Assembly (NCBI GenBank): GCA_016176785.1
Contig: JACOWN010000004.1
Coordinates: 12,558-76,557 of the forward strand
Source: Parcubacteria group bacterium
Lineage (GTDB): Bacteria > Patescibacteriota > Minisyncoccia > Phycocordibacterales > UBA2135
DNA: 64,000 nucleotides
Direction of reading: 5' to 3'
Shown: in pieces, positions 10,701 to 23,217 of the stretch
How positions within the stretch are numbered: the first letter of the stretch is position 1
Layout of the letters: each line of letters begins with the position of its first letter
Program-made: the position numbers and the translations under genes
The notes under the pieces: generated by a model
The model's input: the letters and a program-made list of their open reading frames with translations, nothing else
Databases searched by the model: none
Told to the model about the DNA's origin: nothing

Positions 10701-10743
10701 GGTTTAGTTTCCTGTATTCTGCAAAAAACCTCTGTTGAGCCAT
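7720..10743 (-). CDS. UvrD/PcrA-family helicase fused to a C-terminal PD-(D/E)XK (Cas4/AddB-like, Fe-S) nuclease domain.
   Basis: N-terminal VLAGPGTGKTQ Walker A and UvrD helicase motifs. The C-terminus has a VVDYKTG nuclease motif and cysteines (CADAKCPYC). 1007 aa. Confidence 0.88.
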   Translation of the reverse strand: MAQQRFFAEYRKLNPDQKKAVDSIEGPVMVLAGPGTGKTQILTLRIANILRKTDTPPDAILALTFTESGVFSMRKRLVHIIGSGGYRVGIHTFHSFCNDVIRTYPDAFPRIIGARHMNDVERFSLLKECIASSSLSKLKPFGNAFFYLHPIAAKISELKQDNAAPPDVAETIAKQRRDFHAIPDLVYQDGVYAGRMKGVYAAQKKRIDKNEELLAVYQKYERELRERNVYDYDDMILETIQALLRNPDVLLELQETYHYFLADEHQDANRAQNRLLELLASYHASPNLFVVGDEKQAIFRFQGASLDNFLYFTKRYPDAPVITLSHNYRSTQSILDAAGSMIAKRAVPHAFANELATRLVAAGRDTGTPIEVRAFSHPEHELLFLADAVRRAVDEGVPPSEIAVLYRTNHEAEAVAHVFEKRGIPFVIESSQNILADPFIRKLIILVRAVHDFGDDRRLVDALHLDILGLEPLDIYRLISYARRRGLSLYGTLKSKRHRRAAGIEHERTVDEFYRRLASLRTLAANNGILVFLERLLEESGLLAAACAHERAAENIEKLNRFFAEMRALVETKRSATLSDCVAYLALLEEHNIFLKSAAREGGEGRVRLMTAHKAKGLEFDYVYLIHVADGIWGNRRSVTHFDIPTGTERGDSADIDDERRLFYVALTRARVGVFLSYARENERGAPALPFQCVEEIGDGHLRVIPTAPFEKTAQTEVFLHPPAARPAPAADKAFLNRLFQEQGLSVTALNNYLSCPWKYFYNNLLRIPQAPVKHLMFGTAAHAALRYFFDRWREDGDIGAEGLVTMFRDYARAQPFHESDFEDALKKGEAALRGYYEARRASWPRNIINEFKVDVLLPRDEGRTGGLRLRGTLDKVELLAGRDVNVVDYKTGAPKSRNHIEGATKTSTGDFKRQLVFYRLLLDHYDRGRFSMVSGEIDFIEPARGGKYRAERFAITGEEVRAVRSLALSAAREIEDLAFWDRACADAKCPYCALHAMTGLAPTRTR

Positions 10744-10787
10744 GGCTTTGTGCAGGAATTATAACACCAACCTTGCGAACAAACATC

Positions 10788-10833
10788 AAAAAAGGACCGT
10801 CCTTGGGGGCGGTTATCCACAGTTTTTTCCACA
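10788..10833. repeat. Composite repeat, copy a: palindrome AAAAAAGGACCGTCCTT plus tandem DnaA-box-like TTATCCACAG and TTTTCCACAG.
   Basis: Read directly from the sequence, between the rpoD stop and the helicase start. It belongs to a 6-member family. Confidence 0.85.
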
Positions 10834-10851
10834 GTTAACTGCTAGCGACTG

Positions 10852-12141
10852 CTAGTAATTCTCCAGCCGCTTTGCCCGCTCGTGCTGGCGGATTTTCTCA
10901 TGCGCTTTGGCTTCAATTTGGCGAATGCGTTCACGGGTAACGCCGAACTCGCGCCCCACCTCCTCAAGCGTGTGTATGACGCCGTCGGTAAGGCCGTGGC
11001 GCATCTCCAAAATTTTCCGTTCCTTCGGCGTTAATTCCCCCAAAATCTCCTGGATCTGGTCGCGAAGGATCCGAAGCGACGCTTCTTGCGCCGGAGAAGC
11101 GATACGGTCATCCTCAATAAAATCCCCGAAAGTTGATTTCTCGTCATCGTCGCCCACCGGACTTTCAAGCGAAATGGTGTCTTGGTCAATGCTCTGGATA
11201 ATGTGTATTTTTTTCACGTCAAGGCCCATCTCCGCCGCGATCTCCTCGGGCAGCGGGTCACGCCCCAAATCCTGTGAAAGGCGGCGCACGACCTGCTTAT
11301 ATTTCGCGATGGTTTCAACCATGTGAACGGGGATGCGGATGGTGCGCGATTGGTCGGCAAGCGCGCGGGTGATCGCTTGCCTGATCCACCACGTGGCATA
11401 CGTTGAGAACTTGTAACCCTTGGTCGGGTCAAATTTTTCAATCGCTTTGAAAAGGCCGATGTTGCCCTCTTGTATGAGGTCAAGAAGCGAGAGATCCCTG
11501 CTCCGCCCGACATAGCGTTTTGCGATGGAAACAACGAGGCGGAGATTCGCCTTCGCAAGCAGGTTTTTCGCTTCTTCGTCGCCCCCCTGGATCCGGCGCG
11601 CGAGCGTTTTTTCGTCCGATGCGGTAATAAGCGGATATTTGCCGATTTCCTTCAAATACATTTGGATTGAGTCAATGGACGATTCGTCGCCTCCGCCGCG
11701 GTATCTTCCTTCAACGACCGCCTCTTTCCCATCGCCGTCAAGAAGCGTCCCGCTTTCAACAATATCAATCCCTTCGCCGCTTAACCGGTCGTAGAGGGAT
11801 TCCAAAAAAGGAATGTCGTCCTCTATTGTCGGGAATGCCTTTAAAATCTCGTCATGCGTCACAAAACGCCGGTCTTTGCCTCGGGCGACCAGCTGGTCAA
11901 CGCGATGTGTGACATCGGCTTGTTTGTGAGACGGCGCCCTCTCCCGCGGAGAATGCTTCGGCGTAGCGGCGCGTTTTGCTTTCTCCTTCCGAAGATGCGC
12001 CGCCGCGACAGTGCGGCGGGGATGCCTCGCAACCGCCGCTTTCTTCCGGCGGTGCATACGCGGCGTCCCCTTGCGAGAGCCGCTCCGCCGCGGCGGCGCG
12101 CTTTTTCTTTTTTTGTTTTTTGAGGGACGTTTGTGAGACAT
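10852..12141 (-). CDS. rpoD: RNA polymerase primary sigma factor.
   Basis: Regions 1.2, 2, 3 and 4 are present ([22 protein letters not shown]). It has a basic N-terminal extension and sits immediately downstream of dnaG, the classic dnaG-rpoD operon. Confidence 0.93.
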   Translation of the reverse strand: MSHKRPSKNKKRKSAPPRRSGSRKGTPRMHRRKKAAVARHPRRTVAAAHLRKEKAKRAATPKHSPRERAPSHKQADVTHRVDQLVARGKDRRFVTHDEILKAFPTIEDDIPFLESLYDRLSGEGIDIVESGTLLDGDGKEAVVEGRYRGGGDESSIDSIQMYLKEIGKYPLITASDEKTLARRIQGGDEEAKNLLAKANLRLVVSIAKRYVGRSRDLSLLDLIQEGNIGLFKAIEKFDPTKGYKFSTYATWWIRQAITRALADQSRTIRIPVHMVETIAKYKQVVRRLSQDLGRDPLPEEIAAEMGLDVKKIHIIQSIDQDTISLESPVGDDDEKSTFGDFIEDDRIASPAQEASLRILRDQIQEILGELTPKERKILEMRHGLTDGVIHTLEEVGREFGVTRERIRQIEAKAHEKIRQHERAKRLENY

Positions 12142-12145
12142 GGCA

Positions 12146-13909
12146 CTATTTTGAAAATGCGCGCAACCGCTCCGAAAGCGCGTGCAACTCCCGCGAAACG
12201 CTTTGGCATGCGCGCAGCAACTCTTCCGTCCGTTCTTCGCTCTGCGCCCGTTCCGCCGCCTGAAGTTCTTTAAGCGTCTCCGCGAGGCGCCGCTTCAAGA
12301 CTCGTTCCTCGCCGCGGGCGCACAATTCTTCAAACTCGGCGGCGAGGCGCGGCGCTTCGGTATCAGTATAATACATTTCCGCCTCAAATAACATGCGGCC
12401 CTGCGCCGCCGTATCGTAGCGCGCGATATTTTCCGTGAACGTTTTTCCCGTAACGCGCAACAAGCGTTCGTCGGCGCTTCCGAGATCAATCGGCGGCGCA
12501 GGCATTTTTTTTGTCCACAAAAGCAAACCGAGAAGCCGGCGCAGGACCGCATCGGGAGCGGCTTCTCCCCCCGCCTTCTCGGGCGGCGCGATGCGCTTCT
12601 CTTTTGATCCGGGCAAACTCGCGCCCGCTTCCGGCGAAGGCGATGGTTTTACGCGGCGCACCGATTCCCATATCGCTTCTTCGGGAAGCGCAAGCTCCTC
12701 CGCTATGCGGCTGACAAAATGCGCCTGCTCAATGGGGCTGCCGAGGCGCGCGACGAACGGCACCACCGCCTGCTCAACGCGCGTGCGGTATGCATGCGCG
12801 TCGCCGCCGTGTTCTTCTTTGAGGATGGCGAGGTAAAACTCGATGACATGCATGGTCCGTTCCGCGATCTCGTTCCAACGTGAGGCGTCTGCCGCCGCAA
12901 CCGATGCCGGATCCTCGCCGTGAGGCAAGCGGATAAGGAGAACCGAGAAGCCGCGGGTAAGCGCGCGGCCGACGCTTCGCTCAAGCGCCGCGCGTCCCGC
13001 GGCGTCGGCGTCAAATGCGAAGATGAGGGTGTTCGCCATACGCCTGAGAAAATCCAAATGGTCATCGGAGAGCGCCGTTCCGGACGGCGCGACGGCGTAC
13101 TCAATGCCCGCCTGGTGCGACAGCACGACGTCCATCTGCCCTTCCACGACCATTGCTTTCCCGAGGCGCCGCATGTGGCTTTTGGCCTTGCTCAACCCGT
13201 AAAGAAGCTTTGACTTGTGGAACAGCGGGGTTTCGGGACTGTTGACGTATTTTGCCGTCGCCCCGTCCTCTGTCCCGAAAATACGTCCCGAAAACCCGAC
13301 AACGCGGCCGCTTGCGTCCGCAATGGGAAACATGATGCGGCTGCGAAAACGGTCATAGAGACGTCCGTCGCTGCCGCGGATTGCGCACCCGCTTTCAAAA
13401 AGGTCTGCGTCGCGGAAACCTTCGTTCCGCAAGAACGTCGTAAGCGCTTGCCACGACGCCGGCGCAAAACCGACGCGGAACGCGCGCGCGGTCTCCGGCG
13501 AAACGCTTCGCGCGGCGAGATATGCGCGCGCGTCGGCGTTGCGCGCGAGTTCATTCTCAAAAAAACGCGCGGCGGACTCAAGGACTCGAAAAAGACGCGC
13601 GCGCGCCTCATCTTCCGCCGGATGGTACGACCGAAGCGGCACCCCCGCCCGTTCGGCAAGCACTTTTAACGCGCCCGAAAAATCAAGCCCCTCCATGTCT
13701 TGAACGAACTGGAAAACATCCCCGCCGTTGTCGCACCCGAAACAATGGTACGTGTCCCGTTCCGGCGAAACAAAAAAAGAAGGGGTTTTTTCATTATGGA
13801 AAGGACACCGAGCTTTGTAATTCTTACCCGCCCGCTCGAGCTTCACGTATGAAGAGACGACATCAACGATGGAGAGGCGCTCTTTGATTTGCTCGACGGG
13901 AGAAGACAT
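12146..13909 (-). CDS. dnaG: DNA primase.
   Basis: Zinc ribbon [30 protein letters not shown] and a TOPRIM domain; 587 aa. Confidence 0.93.
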   Translation of the reverse strand: MSSPVEQIKERLSIVDVVSSYVKLERAGKNYKARCPFHNEKTPSFFVSPERDTYHCFGCDNGGDVFQFVQDMEGLDFSGALKVLAERAGVPLRSYHPAEDEARARLFRVLESAARFFENELARNADARAYLAARSVSPETARAFRVGFAPASWQALTTFLRNEGFRDADLFESGCAIRGSDGRLYDRFRSRIMFPIADASGRVVGFSGRIFGTEDGATAKYVNSPETPLFHKSKLLYGLSKAKSHMRRLGKAMVVEGQMDVVLSHQAGIEYAVAPSGTALSDDHLDFLRRMANTLIFAFDADAAGRAALERSVGRALTRGFSVLLIRLPHGEDPASVAAADASRWNEIAERTMHVIEFYLAILKEEHGGDAHAYRTRVEQAVVPFVARLGSPIEQAHFVSRIAEELALPEEAIWESVRRVKPSPSPEAGASLPGSKEKRIAPPEKAGGEAAPDAVLRRLLGLLLWTKKMPAPPIDLGSADERLLRVTGKTFTENIARYDTAAQGRMLFEAEMYYTDTEAPRLAAEFEELCARGEERVLKRRLAETLKELQAAERAQSEERTEELLRACQSVSRELHALSERLRAFSK

Positions 13910-13997
13910 GCGAAAAGTATAACACGAACAAAAACGCGCAACCGCGCGGGACCAGACGACCCGCTTTCAGTCCCGCCGCGCCCTTTCCACCCGTCGT

Positions 13998-17678
<3,681 letters not shown>

Positions 17679-17692
17679 AAAAGCGCGCGGCG

Positions 17693-20600
17693 TTACGCGG
17701 AGGCGGGCGGTTTAGTGGTTGCTAACTCAACGTTCAGCGCGAGCGAACGCAGGTTGTGAAGCAGCACCTTGAACGATTCGGGAATGTTGACGCTCCGGAT
17801 GTCCTCGCCTTTGATGATTGAGTCAAACGCCGCGGCGCGGCCGAAGATGTCGTCTGATTTGATGGTAATCATCTCTTGCAAGATGTGGGCGGCCCCGTAT
17901 CCTTCAAGCGCCCAGACCTCCATTTCTCCGAATCGCTGGCCGCCGCTTTGCGCTTTGCCGCCGAGCGGCTGTTGGTGAATGAGCGAATACGGGCCGATGG
18001 AGCGCATGTGGATCTTGTCTTCAACCATGTGGTGCAATTTCAAAACGTACATGTAGCCGATCGCGACGTCCTGCGCGAACGATTCTCCGGTGCGTCCGTC
18101 AAAAAGCGTTACCTTGCCGCTTTCGGGGAATCCCGCGCGCGTGATCTCTTCTTTGATCTCTTGTTCCGTCGCACCCAAAAACGGCGGGGTGATCGCCTGG
18201 TAGTTGAGCGTGCGCGCGGCAAGCCCGAGATGCATTTCCAATATCTGGCCGAGGTTCATGCGCGATGGGACGCCGAGCGGCGTCAAAATGATGTCAACGG
18301 GGGTGCCGTCGGCGAGATACGGCATTTCCTCAATGGGAAGCACTTTTGAGATGACGCCTTTGTTGCCGTGGCGGCCCGCCAGCTTGTCGCCGACTGAGAT
18401 GTTCCGCAGCTGCGCGACGTCCACGTGAATGCGCTTGATGATGCCCGGCTCAAGATTGGCGCCGTGTTCGCGTGAAAATACGCGCACGCCGATGACGCGT
18501 CCTCGCTTGCCGTGTTCCAGCCGCTTTGACGTGTCTTTCACGTCGCGCGCTTTTTCACCGAAAATTGAGCGGAGCAGACGCTCTTCGGGCGTTAATTCCG
18601 CCTCGCCTTTGGGAGTAATTTTACCGACGAGAATATCATTGGGGCCGACTTCGGAACCGATCATAACGACCCCCTCTTCGTCAAGATTTTTGAGTTTTGT
18701 TTCGCCGACGTTCGGAATATCCGGGGTTGTCACTTCCGGTCCCAGTTTCGTATCGCGCACGTCAACGATGAATTCCTCAATGTGAATTGAGGTGAACACC
18801 GCATCCCGAACGAGGCGTTCGGAGATGACGATCGCGTCTTCATAATTTGCGCCGCTCCACGACAGGAAAGCGACGAGTGCGTTCTGCCCGAGCGCAAGCT
18901 CGCCGCCGACGGTTGAGGATGTGTCCGCAAGCACTTCGCCTTTTTTGACTTTGCCGCCGACCGCAACGCTCGGCCGCTGGTGGAAAACGGTAAAGTCATT
19001 GGTGCGCGCGAAATTCACCAAACGGTATTCTTTCTCCGTTCCCTTCTTGTTTTTGACGACAATTTTGCGCGCATCAACGTACGAGGCGATTCCGTCTTCC
19101 GTCGCAACGACCATGCGGCCCGAGTCAACCGCCGCGCGGCGCTCCATGCCCGTCGCCACGAGCGGCGCGTGCGGAATAATGCACGGCACCGCCTGCTTTT
19201 GCATGTTTGAACCCATGAGAGCGCGGTTCGCGTCATCGCGTTCAAGGAACGGGATGAGCGATGTCGCGACGGAAAACGGCTGCGAGGCGGCGACGTCAAT
19301 CAACTGGACGTCGCGCGGAGGGACCAGTTTGATCTCACCACCCGGGCCTGCGGCGCGCACTTCAACGAACGGATCCGTAATGGCGCCTTTCTCATTCGTT
19401 GAGGTGGCGGCGTGGGTAATGTTGTATGCCTCTTCTTCAAGGGCGTTCAAATAGACAATGTCGTTTGACACGACGCCGTTCTTGACTTTTGCGTACGGCG
19501 TTTCAACGATGCCGAAATCATTCAGCCGCGCATAGAGCGAAAGGCGGAGAATGAGGCCGATGTTTTGGCCTTCGGGCGTTTGTATGGGGCACACGCGGCC
19601 GTAGTGCGAGGGGTGAACGTCGCGGACTTCAAAGCCCGCCCGTTCGCGCGTCAGACCGCCGGGTCCGAGCGCGGAAAGCGTCCGCAGTTGTTCAAGCTCG
19701 TCCAGAATATTTTTCTGGTTCATGTGCTGGGACAACGAGTTCGTATTGAAAAATTCCTTGAGCGACGCTTGAAGCGGTCGGGGGTTCATGAGCTGCACCG
19801 GCAGCGTCGTGTCGGGATCAATGGTGGACATGCGGTCCTGGATATTCCGCTTGATGCGCGTCAAACCGACCCGCAAACGTTGCTGCAGCGTTTCGCCGAC
19901 GAGACGGACGCGGCGGACGCCGAAGTGGTCGATGTCGTCCCCTTTCGCCCCCGGTGTCGTGTTGAGCTTCACGATATGCGTAATGATGGCGACGAGATCG
20001 TTGAGCGTCACCACTTTCCCCTCTTTGGTTTTTGCGCCCTGGTGCGCGGCGGTCTCCCCGCCGAAGAGCGAATTAAAACGATACCTCCCGACGAGCGAGA
20101 GATCGTATTTCTCCGAGCTGAAGATTGAAAGAATGAAATCGCGCGCGTGTTCGGGGGTCGCCAGCGTGCCGTCGCGCAACCGGCGATATACTTCAATAAA
20201 AGATTCGCCGGCGTTTTTTGCGATGTCTTTTTCGAACGAACGGGCGATAAACCGCTCTGCGTGTTCGTTCCCTTTGAAAAGCGCCTTCAGCTCGTCGTCG
20301 CTCGCGCCGTTGCCGAAAATGCGCAAAAGCGACGAAACGGGGAACTTTCGTTTCTTGTCAATGCGCACGGCAACGGTGTCGTCCGTTTCCGTTTCAAACT
20401 CAACCCATGCGCCGCGCGCCGGTATGATTTTTGCGCCGAAAAATGCGCGGCCGCGCGCGAACTCCTCGGTAAATGTCACGCCGAATGAACGCGTGAGTTG
20501 GGAAACAATGACCCGTTCGTTGCCGTTAATGATAAACGTGCCGTGATCGGTCATGAGCGGGAAGTCTGCGAAAAAGATCTCCTGTTCTTTTTCCGTATTG

Positions 20601-20890
20601 AGGATTTTGTTCTTCAGCCGAATACGCATCCGAAGCGGCGATTCAAGCGTCAGTTTGTTTTCCTTCGCATAAAACTCATCATAGGCGGGCGGCGAGAACT
20701 CAAAACTCAAAAACTCAAGTTCAAATTTTTTTCCGGAATAATCAGAAATGGGAGAGAACTCTTTTGTGAGTTCCGCGATGCCGTTCGTCAAAAGCCATTC
20801 ATACGAAGCGCGCTGGCTTTCAACCAGGTTCGGCATTTCTATCATCGGTTTTTTATACCGAGAAAAATATTTTTTCGTTTGCGTTGCCAT
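17693..20890 (-). CDS. rpoB: DNA-directed RNA polymerase subunit beta.
   Basis: 1065 aa with characteristic beta-subunit conserved blocks. It is directly upstream of rpoC. Confidence 0.97.
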   Translation of the reverse strand: MATQTKKYFSRYKKPMIEMPNLVESQRASYEWLLTNGIAELTKEFSPISDYSGKKFELEFLSFEFSPPAYDEFYAKENKLTLESPLRMRIRLKNKILNTEKEQEIFFADFPLMTDHGTFIINGNERVIVSQLTRSFGVTFTEEFARGRAFFGAKIIPARGAWVEFETETDDTVAVRIDKKRKFPVSSLLRIFGNGASDDELKALFKGNEHAERFIARSFEKDIAKNAGESFIEVYRRLRDGTLATPEHARDFILSIFSSEKYDLSLVGRYRFNSLFGGETAAHQGAKTKEGKVVTLNDLVAIITHIVKLNTTPGAKGDDIDHFGVRRVRLVGETLQQRLRVGLTRIKRNIQDRMSTIDPDTTLPVQLMNPRPLQASLKEFFNTNSLSQHMNQKNILDELEQLRTLSALGPGGLTRERAGFEVRDVHPSHYGRVCPIQTPEGQNIGLILRLSLYARLNDFGIVETPYAKVKNGVVSNDIVYLNALEEEAYNITHAATSTNEKGAITDPFVEVRAAGPGGEIKLVPPRDVQLIDVAASQPFSVATSLIPFLERDDANRALMGSNMQKQAVPCIIPHAPLVATGMERRAAVDSGRMVVATEDGIASYVDARKIVVKNKKGTEKEYRLVNFARTNDFTVFHQRPSVAVGGKVKKGEVLADTSSTVGGELALGQNALVAFLSWSGANYEDAIVISERLVRDAVFTSIHIEEFIVDVRDTKLGPEVTTPDIPNVGETKLKNLDEEGVVMIGSEVGPNDILVGKITPKGEAELTPEERLLRSIFGEKARDVKDTSKRLEHGKRGRVIGVRVFSREHGANLEPGIIKRIHVDVAQLRNISVGDKLAGRHGNKGVISKVLPIEEMPYLADGTPVDIILTPLGVPSRMNLGQILEMHLGLAARTLNYQAITPPFLGATEQEIKEEITRAGFPESGKVTLFDGRTGESFAQDVAIGYMYVLKLHHMVEDKIHMRSIGPYSLIHQQPLGGKAQSGGQRFGEMEVWALEGYGAAHILQEMITIKSDDIFGRAAAFDSIIKGEDIRSVNIPESFKVLLHNLRSLALNVELATTKPPASA

Positions 20891-21139
20891 GATGCGGGGA
20901 TGGTATTACGCGCGCGCAAAACAAGGCGGCGCATCTGCCGTTGCCTTGTTTAAATGAAAAAACATCAAAAAAGACCCTCGATCATACACTCTCGGGGTTT
21001 TTGCTCGTAGTAAAGGTTAGCGTGCGGTCATGAGAACCTCTAACATGGCGCAGAGCGCCATATGGGCCGCGGGACGATTACGAACGGCCCTGCACGGGGA
21101 CGCACATCCGCTACTCAATCAGACATTCAATATGGGGGA

Positions 21140-21167
21140 AGTATAGCAAGGTCTAAAAAATTGTCAA
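21140..21167 (-). promoter_or_regulatory. Strong sigma-70-like promoter upstream of rpoB.
   Basis: On the minus strand, TTGACA-16-TATACT. It implies a leader of about 240 nt that contains a bulged hairpin plus a U-run (20973..20999), a possible attenuator. Confidence 0.45.
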
Positions 21168-21350
21168 CCCTCTTTTTATTTTTAGCGGGGATACTGGCGT
21201 CCCGGCTGCCGCCAGATATGCGCTCTTTGAAGTAAAAAGGCCTTGTTTTATTGACTCATCGTGGGATTCGCCTCGTTGTTTTCGTTCCAACGCGCTATAG
21301 GTTGTCAAGAATGGTTATCCACAGGATGAGCAACGACAAGGCGTCTCTCT

Positions 21351-22058
21351 TCATGAGGGGCGTTTCCCGGCGCGCGCATGCCGCCATGCTTTGATTTTTG
21401 TGTGGTTGCCGGAACGAAGCACGGCCGGAACGCGGTACGTTTTCCCTTTCCATATGAGAACTTCGGGGCGGGTGTAGTGCGGATATTCAAGAGCGCGCAC
21501 GTCAGGCGCTTTTTTTTCATTTTTGAGGAGAAAATCCCAATGTGACTCCTCCGCAAGGGACTCGCACGCGATAACACCCGGAATGAGGCGCGAAACGGAG
21601 GAGACAACGACCATGGACGCGACATCGCCGTCGGTCGTAACATACGGGCCGATCGAGATCTCTTCGGCATGCAATGCTCGCGCGACGCGCTCGTCAATTC
21701 CCTCATAGCGGCCGCTGATGAGGATGATGCGCGCATATTTCTTCGCCCAGTCGGAAGCGGTTTTTTGAGTGAACGGTTTTCCTTTCGCGGAAAGAAGCGC
21801 GATCTTTGTTTTTGCGTCCGGTTTCTTTCCCCGAAAAATACGGCCGACGGCGCGAAGTATCGGCTCTGCTTTCATGACCATACCGGCTCCCCCGCCGTAC
21901 GGCTTGTCGTCCGTTGTCCGATGCGCATCTTCCGCAAAATCACGGGGATTATGGAACTGCACGGATATTTTTTTACGTTTCTCCGCACGTCCGATAACGG
22001 AGTGCTTGAAATACGAGAAATTTTCGGGAAAAAGTGTGACGATGTGAAAACGGATCAT
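21351..22058 (-). CDS. trmD: tRNA (guanine37-N1)-methyltransferase.
   Basis: MIRFHIVTLFPE N-terminus and the ...DDKPYGGGAGMV SAM-binding knot motif. Confidence 0.9.
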   Translation of the reverse strand: MIRFHIVTLFPENFSYFKHSVIGRAEKRKKISVQFHNPRDFAEDAHRTTDDKPYGGGAGMVMKAEPILRAVGRIFRGKKPDAKTKIALLSAKGKPFTQKTASDWAKKYARIILISGRYEGIDERVARALHAEEISIGPYVTTDGDVASMVVVSSVSRLIPGVIACESLAEESHWDFLLKNEKKAPDVRALEYPHYTRPEVLIWKGKTYRVPAVLRSGNHTKIKAWRHARAGKRPS

Positions 22059-22106
22059 ATGCGGTAATTGTAACAGGCGCGGACGAAGCGCGCCCTCAAA
22101 CGAAAA

Positions 22107-22126
22107 CCCCGCCGCGGCGGGGTTTT
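22107..22126. terminator. Intrinsic terminator-like hairpin between the KH-protein gene and trmD.
   Basis: AAAACCCCGCCGCGGCGGGGTTTTCG. Confidence 0.5.
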
Positions 22127-22147
22127 CGTTTGAAAAGAAGGTAAAAG

Positions 22148-22456
22148 CTAGAGCTTAAGATCTTCCATCGCTTGATCAACCTCCCGCGTCGCGCTCCGGC
22201 GCAGACTTCCCGCCGGTTCATTGATCTTCAGATTGACCCGCGCGTGGTTTTTGAGACCGACAATGCGCAACAGCGTGCGGATCGCTTTTGCCGTCGCGCC
22301 GCCGCGGCCAATGATGACACTCATGTCAGGCGCCGCGACATCGAGCGTGAGAAGAACTCCCATTTCATCAACGGTTCTCGTCACCTTGACGGCATCGGGG
22401 GAATCGACCAACGACTTAACGAGATATTCCAGAAATTCCTGGTCTTTTTCTACCAT
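22148..22456 (-). CDS. KH-domain RNA-binding protein (UPF0109/YlqC-like).
   Basis: 102 aa with a GxxG KH motif (IGRGGATAKAIRTL). It lies in the rpsP-trmD cluster. Confidence 0.8.
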   Translation of the reverse strand: MVEKDQEFLEYLVKSLVDSPDAVKVTRTVDEMGVLLTLDVAAPDMSVIIGRGGATAKAIRTLLRIVGLKNHARVNLKINEPAGSLRRSATREVDQAMEDLKL

Positions 22457-22561
22457 AAAACTAGAACGATCCTAAACTTGTAAAGACAGACCTGCCACGA
22501 GATCCGACGGTATTGAACCCCGCTGGTTGAAACAAATGGTACATGAAGCGACCGCTTTCTG

Positions 22562-22966
22562 TCAAGCTTTTTCTCGCGCCGCATTGTCCTCCGCACTCTG
22601 CGGAGGAAGGGGCTCGGCGGCTTTCTCTTCTTTCGGAACGGGCGCCGCGACGCTCGCGGAAGCGGTCTCTTCCGTTTTGGATTCTCCTTTCGTCTTTCTC
22701 TTCCGTGACGCAACGTCGCGTTTTACTCCCGTGATGACCCCGTGGCGTATCAAGAGGTTGTGCATCGTGTCGGATGCCTGCGCCCCTTCCTTCATGCGCG
22801 CCGCGATGCGCTCGCGCTTCAGGTCGGCGGCGTGGGTGCGCGCGTTGTACCAGCCGAGGATCTCAAGAAATTTTCCGCTGCGCGTCCCGTGACGAGAGTC
22901 GGTTAAAACCACCCGAAAGTGGGGCTGCCCTCGTTTGCCGAAGCGTTGGAGGCGGATCTTTAACAT
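22562..22966 (-). CDS. rpsP: 30S ribosomal protein S16 with a C-terminal Lys/Glu/Ala-rich extension.
   Basis: MLKIRLQRFGKRGQPHFRVVLTDSRHGTRSGKFLEILGWYN. The start is at MLKIRL; the ORF-track extension to 23455 is unsupported. Confidence 0.85.
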   Translation of the reverse strand: MLKIRLQRFGKRGQPHFRVVLTDSRHGTRSGKFLEILGWYNARTHAADLKRERIAARMKEGAQASDTMHNLLIRHGVITGVKRDVASRKRKTKGESKTEETASASVAAPVPKEEKAAEPLPPQSAEDNAAREKA

Positions 22967-23217
22967 GGTTCGTATGCTAACAAAAGCAAAGCGAAGACGC
23001 AACATCCTCACAAAAAAGAAAGTGCCCCGGCAAAGATGCGGGGCAAGGGCTCCCACCGGCGCGGCGCGGGGAGGGGGGGGTTCCCAAGGGGGACTGGGAG
23101 CGCCGCGCCGGTGGAACTCGGAAACTCTCACGAAAAACTTCCTATCCCAAAGGTTAGCGATAAAGCGAGCAAATGTCAAGAACCCTAGAAATGGCATGCG
23201 CTCCGTGGTACAACTGA

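Noticed and set aside
20891-21350. A possible missing rplS (L19) or rplJL gene in the long gap upstream of rpoB.
   Set aside because: Six-frame inspection gives only ORFs under 40 aa with no ribosomal-protein motifs. The region is treated as a promoter and leader.
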